DNA of 64,000 nt, taken from contig OZ252244.1 of the NCBI GenBank assembly GCA_965249575.1, positions 3,648,001-3,712,000 of the forward strand, given 5' to 3'. This DNA comes from Gemmatimonadales bacterium. Its GTDB lineage: Bacteria > Gemmatimonadota > Gemmatimonadetes > Gemmatimonadales > GWC2-71-9. Of the stretch, positions 51,704-60,964 are shown piece after piece; the stretch's first letter is position 1; each line of letters starts with the position of its first letter. The notes beneath the pieces were generated by a model. It saw only the letters and a list, made by a program, of their open reading frames with translations, had not been told where the DNA came from and made no database searches. A program made the translations under genes and the position numbers.

Positions 51704-53061
51704 GGGCCACCTCCATCGTGTTGGTGGCCACCAGCCCCGCCGGGCATCACGATCAGTGTGTAGCTGTTGTCAGACGTCAGGTACGCGCCAGTCACGCGGC
51801 GGATCTCCTCGAGCGTGATACTCTGCACGGCCCGGAGGTCGGTTTGCATCTGATCTAGCGACTCGTGGAAATGCATGAAATGCTGTATCTCCTCGGCGAG
51901 CTGCTCCGTCGTGGTACGGCGAGCGAGCGCGGCGGAGCGCACGAAGCTCCGGGCCCTGTCCAATTCACCGGGCGATACCGGGTCCAAAACCAGTCGTTGG
52001 ACCTCCCGTTCGAGCTCGGCGGTGAGCGAGTCGGCTGAGACGCCCTCGCTGGCAATGGCGTAGAGGTACAGGAACCCGGGGGCGCGCCGCGAATCCACTG
52101 CGATACCGGTCTGGCGCGCGGTCCGACGCTCTACCACCAGCGACTGGTGGAGCCGGGATGGCTCGCCGTGGCCCAGCAGCGACGTGACCAGCGCCAGGGG
52201 CAGGCGGTCCGGGTTGGCGTGTGGGGGGATGCGGTACGCGCGGATGACTCCAGGGAGCCTGGCCAGCGGATCGGACCATTCGTGAGTCCGGGCGCCAGCC
52301 CCGAGTGGCGCGTCGCACGACGGAACATTCGGAATGGAGCCTCTCGGAATGTCGCCGAAGTACTGTTTGATGATCGTCCTGGCGACGGACATCTCAAAAT
52401 CACCTACGACGGCCAGCGTGGCGTTGTTCGGGCGGTAGTACTCGTCGAAAAAGGCCTGGACGTCCGCGGTGTCGGCAGTATCCAGGTCCGCAAGGGCTCC
52501 GAACGCGGAGTGTGCGTACGGGAAGCATGTCGCCGAGTCGAAGGCGAGGGGAAGGCCATCGAGGAAAGCGGCGGAATACGGCTGGTTGTCGACGCGGAAC
52601 CGGCGCTCCTCTCGTATACGGTCCCGCTGGCCTCGTAGCGCGTCGTCCGTGATCACGAGGGAGCGCATGCGGTCGGCTTCGAGCCACAGGCCCAGCGTCA
52701 GCTCGTGAGAAGGAAGGGTCTGGAGATACTGCGTCCGGTCCTCGCTGCTGGAGGCGCTCAGCCTTCCTCCGGCCCGATGAACCAGTTGGTAGTGCTCCCC
52801 GCCCGCGACGTTGGCGGATCCCTGAAACATTAGGTACTGAAGGAGATGAGCAAATCCGGATCGTCCTGGCTGTTCGTTGGCGCTCCCGACGTTGTACCAG
52901 ATATCGACGGTCACGAGCGGCGTCGAGTGGTCCTCGGCGAGGACCACCCTGAGGCCGTTCTCCAGGCTATACGTTTCGATTGGCGCCTGGGCCTGCCCAG
53001 ACCGGGGGCAGAAGAGAAAGGTGACCAGTAGTAGCAAACCAGCCATAGCGTGCTGCGTCAT
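51700..53061 (-). CDS. exported M16 (pitrilysin) family protein with a degenerate zinc motif
   Basis: LENGLRV, WYNVGSANE..GRSGFAHLLQYLMFQGS, LEADRM, YYRPNNA; ATG 53061. Confidence 0.85.
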   Translation of the reverse strand: MTQHAMAGLLLLVTFLFCPRSGQAQAPIETYSLENGLRVVLAEDHSTPLVTVDIWYNVGSANEQPGRSGFAHLLQYLMFQGSANVAGGEHYQLVHRAGGRLSASSSEDRTQYLQTLPSHELTLGLWLEADRMRSLVITDDALRGQRDRIREERRFRVDNQPYSAAFLDGLPLAFDSATCFPYAHSAFGALADLDTADTADVQAFFDEYYRPNNATLAVVGDFEMSVARTIIKQYFGDIPRGSIPNVPSCDAPLGAGARTHEWSDPLARLPGVIRAYRIPPHANPDRLPLALVTSLLGHGEPSRLHQSLVVERRTARQTGIAVDSRRAPGFLYLYAIASEGVSADSLTAELEREVQRLVLDPVSPGELDRARSFVRSAALARRTTTEQLAEEIQHFMHFHESLDQMQTDLRAVQSITLEEIRRVTGAYLTSDNSYTLIVMPGGAGGHQHDGGGP

Positions 53062-53149
53062 ATGAGGGCGCCCTCGAGCGGGATAGATGGCAAACGAGGC
53101 ACCATACGGCGAGCGCATCTCCCACCGTAGCTGCCGCCTGGGTGAACTG

Positions 53150-53992
53150 TCAGTCGAGAACTCGCTGCCGAAAGAGATCCTGTAGTCGGCGGGTCGTTGG
53201 CCCTGGGCGTCCGTCGGCAACCGTGTGGCCGTCGATCGTGACAACCGGCAGTACCTCCGCGGTCGTGCCGGCCAGAAACAACTCGTCCGCCTCGTCGAGT
53301 TGCTCAACGAAGAGGGGTGTTTCCCGTGCAGGAATCTGATCTTCGGCACACAACATCAGCACGGCGCTTCTCGTTATTCCCGGCAGTACGTAGTTCGTGA
53401 GCGGGGCTGTACGAACTTCACCGTCGAAGACCGCAAAAAAGCTCGTGTGACTCCCCTCGAGTGCCACCCCGTCGCGAACGAGGATGGCTTCGTGCGCGCC
53501 ACCCTCGTGGGCCGTCTGGTTCGCGAGACAGTTCGCGAGTAGCGAGATCGCCTTGATGTCACAGCGGGACCACCGCAGGTCGGGCACGGTGATCGAGTCG
53601 ATGCCTTCCCTTGAATGGTCGGCGGCGAGGAGAGGCGCCGCGTAGGCGTACACCGTTGGCGACACGTCGGCCGGCGGAAAGTAGTGGGTCCTTGGAGCCG
53701 AACCGCGTGTGACTTGAACGTATACGATGCCATCGCCGGCCCCGAGGCCAGCTCGGCCGAGCAATTCACTCGCGACGCCCTCAAGCCCGGCGGAATCGAT
53801 CCCTCGGATCTGTGTCTCCCTGAGGCTGTAGGCCAGTCGATCGAGGTGAGCTTGCAGCTCGAAGAGGCGGCCGCCGTACGCGCGGGCCACCTCATACACG
53901 CCGTCTCCGAGCAAGAAGCCTCGGTCGTCCGGTGAGATACGGAGCGCTTCCTTCGAGACGTACTCCCCGTTGTAGTACACGGTGGTACTCAT
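53150..53992 (-). CDS. dat: class IV aminotransferase (D-amino-acid aminotransferase-like)
   Basis: DDRGFLLGDGVYE, HLDRL, YVQVTRG, DIKAISLL, LPGITR. Confidence 0.85.
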   Translation of the reverse strand: MSTTVYYNGEYVSKEALRISPDDRGFLLGDGVYEVARAYGGRLFELQAHLDRLAYSLRETQIRGIDSAGLEGVASELLGRAGLGAGDGIVYVQVTRGSAPRTHYFPPADVSPTVYAYAAPLLAADHSREGIDSITVPDLRWSRCDIKAISLLANCLANQTAHEGGAHEAILVRDGVALEGSHTSFFAVFDGEVRTAPLTNYVLPGITRSAVLMLCAEDQIPARETPLFVEQLDEADELFLAGTTAEVLPVVTIDGHTVADGRPGPTTRRLQDLFRQRVLD

Positions 53993-54063
53993 TCGCTCAT
54001 CCAGCTCCCGGTGGAGACGTTCGGCTCTCGACGTGAGCGATGGTGATCGCCCTGAGCAACGGG

Positions 54064-54441
54064 TCAGCGATGTCCAACGATACCCCAGAGCAGTGCGGCC
54101 CACCCCGTGAGGAAGCATAAGCCGCCAATCGGCGTGACCGCGCCCCACCCCCGGATCCCGGTAAGTGAGAGAACGTAGAGGCTGCCGGAAAAGGTCAGTG
54201 TTCCGCCAATGAAGGACCAGCCGGCCACCTGGGCCTCGGTGCTGGGCCAACGGGAATACACCCAAGCGACCGCAAAGAGCCCAATCGCATGGTACATCTG
54301 GTAGCGGGCACCCGTCTCGAAGACTGCCTGAAGGTCAGGCACTAGGCGCGACCGGAGGAGGTGGGCGCCGAACGCGCCCGCGGCCACCGATAGGAACGCA
54401 GACGCGGCGCCGACCACCGCGAAGATGCGGTCAGGAGTCAT
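54064..54441 (-). CDS. DUF423 membrane protein
   Basis: AGAFGAH, TGARYQMYHA, FSGSLY, GAVTPIGG. Confidence 0.9.
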   Translation of the reverse strand: MTPDRIFAVVGAASAFLSVAAGAFGAHLLRSRLVPDLQAVFETGARYQMYHAIGLFAVAWVYSRWPSTEAQVAGWSFIGGTLTFSGSLYVLSLTGIRGWGAVTPIGGLCFLTGWAALLWGIVGHR

Positions 54442-54661
54442 CTGGAGCGTCGGTCGGCCCGGCAAAGGCACCGAGTGTGTCACGTGCGGCGCGCTCGTCA
54501 CCGGGGCGCACGAGGATGCTCGCTCCGCCCGACAGGGGCCCGTGTTTCATTCCCTCTGCTGACTGCACGAGGTGCGGAATCGCGGCCTGAGCAAGGAGTC
54601 CGGCGGCAATTTCGGCCTCGGTGCGGGTCCGGAAGTTGGCGACCGCTAGGAGGTTATCCAT
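54431..54661 (-). CDS. small DUF2007-like protein
   Basis: EAEIAAGLL...I....ILV...D..AAR pattern. Confidence 0.6.
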   Translation of the reverse strand: MDNLLAVANFRTRTEAEIAAGLLAQAAIPHLVQSAEGMKHGPLSGGASILVRPGDERAARDTLGAFAGPTDAPDDS

Positions 54662-54700
54662 GACGTGATTCCGGACCCATCGGGATCGATGATTGTATCA

Positions 54701-55561
54701 TCACGTCGGGAAGATCCGCAGCGGATTTGTGCGCGTGACCTTCACCTGAAACTCCTCAGACAGAGGAAGCGACCGGAACTGGTCCAGGTTCTGCTTGAGA
54801 TCGCGCACTCCGGGGCTCGGCCAGTCGGTGCCCCATAGCACTCTGTCTCCGATTTCCTCTAGACGGGGGAAGTAGTCGAGCAGCTTGAGCGGCGGTATCC
54901 CAGAGAGCTCGAGGCAAATGTTCCGATGTCTCCGCAGGAGGAAAAATGCCTCGTCCATCCAGAGCGGGCGGCCGCCGTGCGCCATGATGATGGTGAGATC
55001 CGGGAAATCGATCGCAACATCGTCGAGCTCCATCGGCCGTCCGAACTTGCAGCGCGCCCCCGGGAAAATGCTAGTTCCGGTGTGGATCATGACTGGGAGC
55101 CCCCGCTCCTCGCATCGACGGTAGATGCGGGCCAACGCCTCCAAGCCCTGCGTATAGGCGTTCGCCGGGATCTGTTGGTGCGGAGGATGGATCTTGAGAC
55201 AGCGGATTCCGAGGGCGAGCAACTCCTCGACCTGGCCTTCGGGATCCTGCGTGAAGCGCGGGTGGACACCGCCAAACGGCAACAGGCGCTCCGGTGCGTT
55301 GGCGGCATACTGAGCGGCAAAAGTGTTGGTCTCGTCGGTGAACCCCATGAGGTCGGGACTCGGGTAGTTGATGAGGCCGACCCGCCAGATACCGCTCGCG
55401 TCCATTATGCCGAGGAGCGTCCCCGGATCTTCCATCAGCGCCATCAGGCGCTCCCACTCCTCCTCCTTGCCCCGGCGCATCGCGGCCGCGACGGCAGGCT
55501 TCAGTTGCCGCCAGGGCTGGATATGAATGTGGATGTCCGTGACGCCGGGTTCGTCCGTCAT
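54701..55561 (-). CDS. amidohydrolase family protein (Amidohydro_2-like)
   Basis: DIHIH, LKIHP, MIHTG, MAHGG, WGTDWP. Confidence 0.88.
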   Translation of the reverse strand: MTDEPGVTDIHIHIQPWRQLKPAVAAAMRRGKEEEWERLMALMEDPGTLLGIMDASGIWRVGLINYPSPDLMGFTDETNTFAAQYAANAPERLLPFGGVHPRFTQDPEGQVEELLALGIRCLKIHPPHQQIPANAYTQGLEALARIYRRCEERGLPVMIHTGTSIFPGARCKFGRPMELDDVAIDFPDLTIIMAHGGRPLWMDEAFFLLRRHRNICLELSGIPPLKLLDYFPRLEEIGDRVLWGTDWPSPGVRDLKQNLDQFRSLPLSEEFQVKVTRTNPLRIFPT

Positions 55562-56340
55562 CGGCCGGTAAATTTCGCCGGTCGCTTTTCCAGAAAGGCC
55601 GAGACCCCCTCGACCTTGTCTTCGGAAGCGAACGCGACGCCGAATAGTGCGACCTCGAGTCGCAGGCCTTCGTCCAAGGGCGTTCGCGCGCTCGCTTGCA
55701 CGGCCTCCTTGATGAGCTGGAGTGCCAATGGGCTCTTCTCTGCGATCGTCCGGGCCAGTGCCGTCGTCCGGTTGAGGAGCGCATCCCCCGGGACGACTTC
55801 GTCGATCAATCCGATACGGAGCGCCTCGGTGGCATCGATCAGCTCACCGGAGTAGAGCAACTTGAAGGCGTTTCCCATCCCGACTAGACGGGGGAGGCGC
55901 TGCGTGCCGCCACCCCCGGGGATGATGCCGAGGTTCACTTCCGGCTGTCCGAGCCTCGCGCTGCGTGCGGCGATCCGTATGTCGCAGGCCAGGGCAAGCT
56001 CGCACCCACCGCCCAGACAGTATCCGTTGATGGCCGCGATCACGGGTTTCGGGAATCCGGCGACGCCCCCGAAGACCGATGGTGCCCGCATTACCCGGTA
56101 TTGGTCCGGGGCGGTCCGCCCTTCGAATTCTCCAATATCCGCGCCGGCAACGAACGCCTTCTCTCCCGCTCCCGTGATGATGACGACGCGGGCGTCCGGC
56201 GCGTCCCGGAGCTCGTCGAGGCGGGCGAGTAGGTCGCTGCGGGTCGCGCCATTCAACGCGTTGCGCTTCTCCGGGCGATTGATGGTCAGTGTGGCGACCC
56301 CGTCCTCGACGCGGCTCAGGACGTTTGCTGACTCGGCCAT
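55558..56340 (-). CDS. enoyl-CoA hydratase (crotonase, PaaF-like)
   Basis: INRPEKRNAL, FVAGADI, GGGCELALACD, GQPEVNLGIIPGGGGTQRL. Confidence 0.9.
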   Translation of the reverse strand: MAESANVLSRVEDGVATLTINRPEKRNALNGATRSDLLARLDELRDAPDARVVIITGAGEKAFVAGADIGEFEGRTAPDQYRVMRAPSVFGGVAGFPKPVIAAINGYCLGGGCELALACDIRIAARSARLGQPEVNLGIIPGGGGTQRLPRLVGMGNAFKLLYSGELIDATEALRIGLIDEVVPGDALLNRTTALARTIAEKSPLALQLIKEAVQASARTPLDEGLRLEVALFGVAFASEDKVEGVSAFLEKRPAKFTGR

Positions 56341-57179
56341 TCGTAGAATCCTTTTCCCGTCTTTTTGCCCAGCTCCCCCGCGCGGACCTTCTCTCGAAGG
56401 ATCCGTGGGGGCGCGTAGTGATCCTGCTGGAGCTCGGAGTGCAAGTACTCCGTGATGGCGAGGCGTACATCCAACCCGACGAGGTCCGTGACCTTGAGTG
56501 GGCCCATCGGGTGCCCGTACCCCAGCTCCATCGCCCGGTCGATGTCTTCGGCGGTCGCGACGCCGGCCTGTACCATACGCATCGCCTCCAGCCCGAGCGC
56601 GACTCCTAGACGCGACGAAGCGAATCCGGGCGAGTCACGCACCACGATCGGCTCCTTGCCCATCCGGGTCGCGACTTCTCTGACGAACTGTACTGACTCG
56701 ACGTCTGTCCGCTCGTGGGAAACGATCTCGACCAACTTCATGACGTGGACGGGATTGAAGAAGTGCATTCCGAGGACGCGTTCTGGCGCTCTGGTTGCCG
56801 CGGCCAGGCCGGCGATGGAGATAGACGAGGTGTTAGAGGCCAGGATCGTCGTCCTCGGCGTGAGCTGATCGAGGCGCGTGAATAGCGCCCGCTTGATCGC
56901 CGGATCCTCGACAATCGCCTCAACGACGAGCTGAGCGTCGCCGACGGCCGCCTCGAGAGAGCGCTCGAACCGAATGCGGTCCCGCGCGGCGTCGGCGTCA
57001 GTTTGGGTGATCTTTCCCCGCTCCACACCTCCGGCAAGGTTTTTTCGAATCCGCTGGGCTGCGGCTTCGAGTGCCACGGATTCTGTGTCAGCGAGCGTGG
57101 TATCGTACCCGCCGACCGCTGCAACATGTGCGATGCCGTGCCCCATGGTCCCGGCCCCGATGACGGCGACACAGGTCAT
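56316..57179 (-). CDS. 3-hydroxyacyl-CoA dehydrogenase (PaaH/Hbd-like)
   Basis: GAGTMGHGIA, ASNTSS, GMHFFNP, HPMGPL, GKKTGKGFY. Confidence 0.92.
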   Translation of the reverse strand: MTCVAVIGAGTMGHGIAHVAAVGGYDTTLADTESVALEAAAQRIRKNLAGGVERGKITQTDADAARDRIRFERSLEAAVGDAQLVVEAIVEDPAIKRALFTRLDQLTPRTTILASNTSSISIAGLAAATRAPERVLGMHFFNPVHVMKLVEIVSHERTDVESVQFVREVATRMGKEPIVVRDSPGFASSRLGVALGLEAMRMVQAGVATAEDIDRAMELGYGHPMGPLKVTDLVGLDVRLAITEYLHSELQQDHYAPPRILREKVRAGELGKKTGKGFYEWPSQQTS

Positions 57180-57847
57180 CGGAGCGCGGACCGCGCAATA
57201 TCGGGTCGGTTGGTGCAGATCGCATCGACGCCGATACCCGCGAGCTCGGCCATGCGGCCCGGGTCGTCGACCGTCCAGGCAACCACTCGGTACCCGGCCC
57301 CACGCGCTTGTGCGACCAGATCGTGATCAATCATCCCATGCTCCTGCCAGAGCTCGGTGGCGCCCGCGTCGCTGAGTTGCGGGAGGGGTCGCACTGGGTA
57401 GGAGGTCGAGAGCACTCCGCAGGGAAGCGTGGGCCGCCTCTCCCACAACCGGCGAATCACTCGGTGATCGAACGCGTGGACGTGATAATGCGCAGGCGCG
57501 GGGCCGGAGTCGAGGAGGCTGAGGAGCGCCTCATCGTTGGGGGCATCGAAGGATTTGATCTCGATATAGAGAGTGATGCGGTCGCCGGCAACGCGCAGGA
57601 CCTCCGCCACAGAGGGTACGGGCTCGTCGTTCGCCAGACGGTGCGCCCGCGTCTCCGCGGCGGCCATCTCGAGAATCGGGCGGCCGGCGATGAGCGGGTC
57701 GTGATGCACGGTAAATTCGCCGTCTGCCGTTGCGTGCACGTCGAGCTCGATGCCGTCCGCCTCCATCTCGATCGCGAGGCGAAAGGCCTCGAGTGAGTTT
57801 TCCAGTGCGTAGGCCGAGGCACCGCGGTGTGCGATGACGTCAGGCAA
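57176..57847 (-). CDS. glycerophosphodiester phosphodiesterase family protein
   Basis: IAHRGAS..EN, IELDV, HHD, IEIK, AWTVD, ICTNRP. Confidence 0.88.
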   Translation of the reverse strand: MPDVIAHRGASAYALENSLEAFRLAIEMEADGIELDVHATADGEFTVHHDPLIAGRPILEMAAAETRAHRLANDEPVPSVAEVLRVAGDRITLYIEIKSFDAPNDEALLSLLDSGPAPAHYHVHAFDHRVIRRLWERRPTLPCGVLSTSYPVRPLPQLSDAGATELWQEHGMIDHDLVAQARGAGYRVVAWTVDDPGRMAELAGIGVDAICTNRPDIARSALR

Positions 57848-58963
57848 CTAATTCGAGCTCGTTAGCCTGCGCGCCTCGATCCAGCCGTCGTCCTTCGTCA
57901 AACTGTGTACGGTCTCGTAGTCATCCTTGCTGGGCGTGACCGACGCCACGTAGTCATTGTAGCGGTCCGCGCTCAGCGGTTCCCCGTCAACCGTGTAATG
58001 CTGGTGCGAGAACGCCCCAATCCGGCGGTTGAACTTGATGTCGGGAATCTTCAACCAGCGGTCTCGATCGGGGATATAGTCGTTCAGGCGTTCCACGAGA
58101 CGCACGCACTCCTCACGGTACAGGACGCGGGCGAGATCGTTCAACTGTCCCTGATCGGCGGGACTGGGATTCTCTCGCTCGTCGAAACGACCCTTGAGAC
58201 CCCACACGTACGCCCAGTGCGCGGACGAGGAATTGTCGGTACCGAATAGATCGAACGCGGTCGGAACCCATTTGTTGAAGAACCGCTGCATCAGCTCGGG
58301 CTGGAGGCGTCCGGCTTTGACGATGCGAAGTAGGCCGCTGTTACCAGTACCTAGGTGATAGCTCTCTTCCTTGAGCATGGGCCCCATCGAACGAGCCAGC
58401 GGGTCGAAGGACGACACCGAGAGCATCTTGAGCTGGAACTTCCCGTCGCGGTCGATGAACTGCGTGTACGTGAAGAAGTCGAGCCAATTGTCGACCAACT
58501 CGTTGAAGCTCCCGAGCAGCCGTTCGCCCTCATCCGCGCGGCGATCGAGCAGTTTCTGTGCTTCCCGCTTGCCTTCATCGCCGAAGTGCTCGCACAGCAG
58601 GTACGACATCTGCCAGCCGTGTCGCATCTCCTCGCACATCACACGGGTGATGGAAAGGAGGTCGTAATCGCTAGGGGGCTTGAGCAGTAAATTGCGCTGC
58701 TGCTCGACCGAAGCGAACTCGGTATCGCCCTGATAGACGATGAGATTGAGGAGCGCGTCCCGAATGCGCTGGTCGGGAATGTGCATGAGGCTTGGCCACT
58801 TGAGCTGCCCCTTGTAGTGGCCGAACTCGATCTCGGTGGCCTCGGGTTCGGCAAACTTGATCCCGAACTCGAACTTACGAAGCTCGTCGCGCTCCAGGCC
58901 AATGGAATCCTGCCAGTAGCGGAAGTAATCGATCCAGTCGTCCCAGTTGTGAACTTTGCGCAT
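57848..58963 (-). CDS. ferritin-like diiron aromatic-CoA epoxidase subunit, BoxB-like (short form, 371 aa)
   Basis: QGDTEFASVEQQ, YDL, EEMRH, DRDGKFQL, FDPLAR, EESYH; ATG 58963. Confidence 0.82.
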   Translation of the reverse strand: MRKVHNWDDWIDYFRYWQDSIGLERDELRKFEFGIKFAEPEATEIEFGHYKGQLKWPSLMHIPDQRIRDALLNLIVYQGDTEFASVEQQRNLLLKPPSDYDLLSITRVMCEEMRHGWQMSYLLCEHFGDEGKREAQKLLDRRADEGERLLGSFNELVDNWLDFFTYTQFIDRDGKFQLKMLSVSSFDPLARSMGPMLKEESYHLGTGNSGLLRIVKAGRLQPELMQRFFNKWVPTAFDLFGTDNSSSAHWAYVWGLKGRFDERENPSPADQGQLNDLARVLYREECVRLVERLNDYIPDRDRWLKIPDIKFNRRIGAFSHQHYTVDGEPLSADRYNDYVASVTPSKDDYETVHSLTKDDGWIEARRLTSSN

Positions 58964-58973
58964 GGTCCGTTCC

Positions 58974-59768
58974 TTACCTGCCAGCGAAAATGGGTGGCCG
59001 TTTGGCGAGGAAAGCCTCGAGCCCTTCCGTCGCGTCCGAACTCTTGAAGCACGCCAACTGATGATCCAGCTCCACGTCCAGCATCTCACTCAAGCTGTGG
59101 CGCTCGCTGTCGTAGATGGCCCGTTTCGCGAGGGCCAGTGACAGGGGCGGCTTGGCCGCCAGCATGGCGGCAAGCTCGAGAGTTTTGGCTTCCAGCCGGT
59201 CGTGGGGAACGACTCGGCTGAACAGTCCGAGCCGCAGTGCCTCGCCGGCGTCGATCATCTCACCGCTGAACACCAGCTCGAGGGCCTTCGAGGGTCCCAC
59301 CAGACGGGGGAGAAAGTAGGTCCCCCCCCAGTCCGGATGGAGCCCAATCCGGTTGAAAGTCTGTCCGATCGTGGCTTGTTCTGACGCGATGCGGAGGTCG
59401 CAGGCCAGGGCCAGGTTGGCCCCACCGCCCGCGGCCGGTCCGTTGACGGACGCAATGACGGGCTTGGGTGTCTGCCGGATGCTGGTGACGACGGTGCGCC
59501 CGGCTTCGACGAGCGCCCGTGCCGCATCCCAGTCCCGATTCTCCAACAGGGTCTTCATGTACCCGATGTCCGCGCCGGCGCAAAACGCGCGACCGGCTCC
59601 CGTGACCACGAGCACTCGGATGTCGGGATCGGAGGCCATTGACTCGACGGCCTCAGCCACTTCCTGCCGCATACGCCCCGCGAACGCGTTCAGCTTGTCG
59701 GGACGATTGAGCATGACCGTTCCGATCCCAGCCTCCGACTTGAGCAAGATGTGCTCGAAGTCGCTCAC
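58974..59768 (-). CDS. enoyl-CoA hydratase/isomerase (PaaG-like)
   Basis: LNRPDKLNA, FCAGAD, GPAAGGGANLALACD, IGLHPDWGGTYFLPRLVG (Asp-type, without the two Glu). Confidence 0.85.
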   Translation of the reverse strand: MSDFEHILLKSEAGIGTVMLNRPDKLNAFAGRMRQEVAEAVESMASDPDIRVLVVTGAGRAFCAGADIGYMKTLLENRDWDAARALVEAGRTVVTSIRQTPKPVIASVNGPAAGGGANLALACDLRIASEQATIGQTFNRIGLHPDWGGTYFLPRLVGPSKALELVFSGEMIDAGEALRLGLFSRVVPHDRLEAKTLELAAMLAAKPPLSLALAKRAIYDSERHSLSEMLDVELDHQLACFKSSDATEGLEAFLAKRPPIFAGR

Positions 59769-60961
59769 AGGCGCTCCACCACGACGGCGATCCCCTGGCC
59801 GACGCCGATGCACATGGTCGCCAGTCCGTACCGACCGCCGGTACGGGTGAGGGAATGGACTAGGGTCGTCAGGAGCTTGGCGCCCGTGCACCCGAGTGGG
59901 TGCCCAAGGGCGATTGCCCCACCGAGGGGATTCACCCTCGACGGGTCCAATTCCAGTTCCCGGATACACGCGATGGCTTGGGCGGCGAAGGCTTCGTTCA
60001 GTTCCACATGGTCCAGGTCGCTCACGCCGAGGCCCGCGCGTTCGAGGGCCTTCTTCGTGGCGGGCACTGGTCCCAAACCCATGCATGACGGATCGACTCC
60101 GGCGACGGCCGATGCGACGATGCGGGCCATGGGGGTCATCCCACGCAGCCCCTTGGGTGTTCCACCCAGCACCAACAGTGCGGCCGCGCCGTCATTGATG
60201 CCGCTCGAGCTACCCGCCGTGACGGTCCCGCCCTTCACGAACGCCGGTTTGAGCTTCGCGAGTTTTTCGGTGGTTACGTCGGGCCGCGGGTGCTCATCTC
60301 GCTTGAAGGTCTCGGTGCGCCCGTTCGGCTGTTGGACGGAGACCGGCACAATCTCGTTCTCGAAGAAACAGGCGTTCTGCGCCGCGGCCGCCTTTGCCTG
60401 GCTCTCCGCGGCGAATGCGTCTTGCTCTTCCCGGCTGATACCGTAGCGTTTGGCAACGACTTCGGCGGTGGCGCCGAGGGAGATGGTCCACTCCGTGGGC
60501 ATCTTGGGATTGACCAGCCGCCACCCGACCGTGCTGTCCACGAGGTCCGGTGGCCGTCGGTCCCACGCCGTCGCGCGCTTCGCCATCACGTAAGGCGCTC
60601 GCGTCATGCTCTCGACACCGCCCGCGACGAACGCGTCCCCCTCGCCCGCCTTGATCGCCTGGGCCGCGCTCGCGACTGCCTGCGCGCCCGAACCGCACAA
60701 ACGATTGACGGTCTGCCCGGGCACGTCGACCGGATAGTTGGCGAGCAGGGCGGCCATGCGGGCGACGTTTCGGTTGTCCTCGCCCGCCTGATTGGTGCAT
60801 CCCAGAATGACGTCGTCGAGCCTAGTCGCCTCGAAGCCGGTCCGCTCGACCAGCGCGCGGAGCACGTGGGCGGCGAGATCGTCCGGGCGGACGCTCGCCA
60901 GCGCGCCCCCATGCCGGCCGACGGGGGTACGCAACGCCGCGCACACGAATGCGTCGCGCAT
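59765..60961 (-). CDS. 3-oxoadipyl-CoA-type thiolase (PaaJ/PcaF-like)
   Basis: RPDDLAA, GCTNQAGEDNRNVARM, NRLCGSG, ELNEAFA, GHPLG, TMCIGVGQG. Confidence 0.9.
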   Translation of the reverse strand: MRDAFVCAALRTPVGRHGGALASVRPDDLAAHVLRALVERTGFEATRLDDVILGCTNQAGEDNRNVARMAALLANYPVDVPGQTVNRLCGSGAQAVASAAQAIKAGEGDAFVAGGVESMTRAPYVMAKRATAWDRRPPDLVDSTVGWRLVNPKMPTEWTISLGATAEVVAKRYGISREEQDAFAAESQAKAAAAQNACFFENEIVPVSVQQPNGRTETFKRDEHPRPDVTTEKLAKLKPAFVKGGTVTAGSSSGINDGAAALLVLGGTPKGLRGMTPMARIVASAVAGVDPSCMGLGPVPATKKALERAGLGVSDLDHVELNEAFAAQAIACIRELELDPSRVNPLGGAIALGHPLGCTGAKLLTTLVHSLTRTGGRYGLATMCIGVGQGIAVVVERL

Positions 60962-60964
60962 GAG

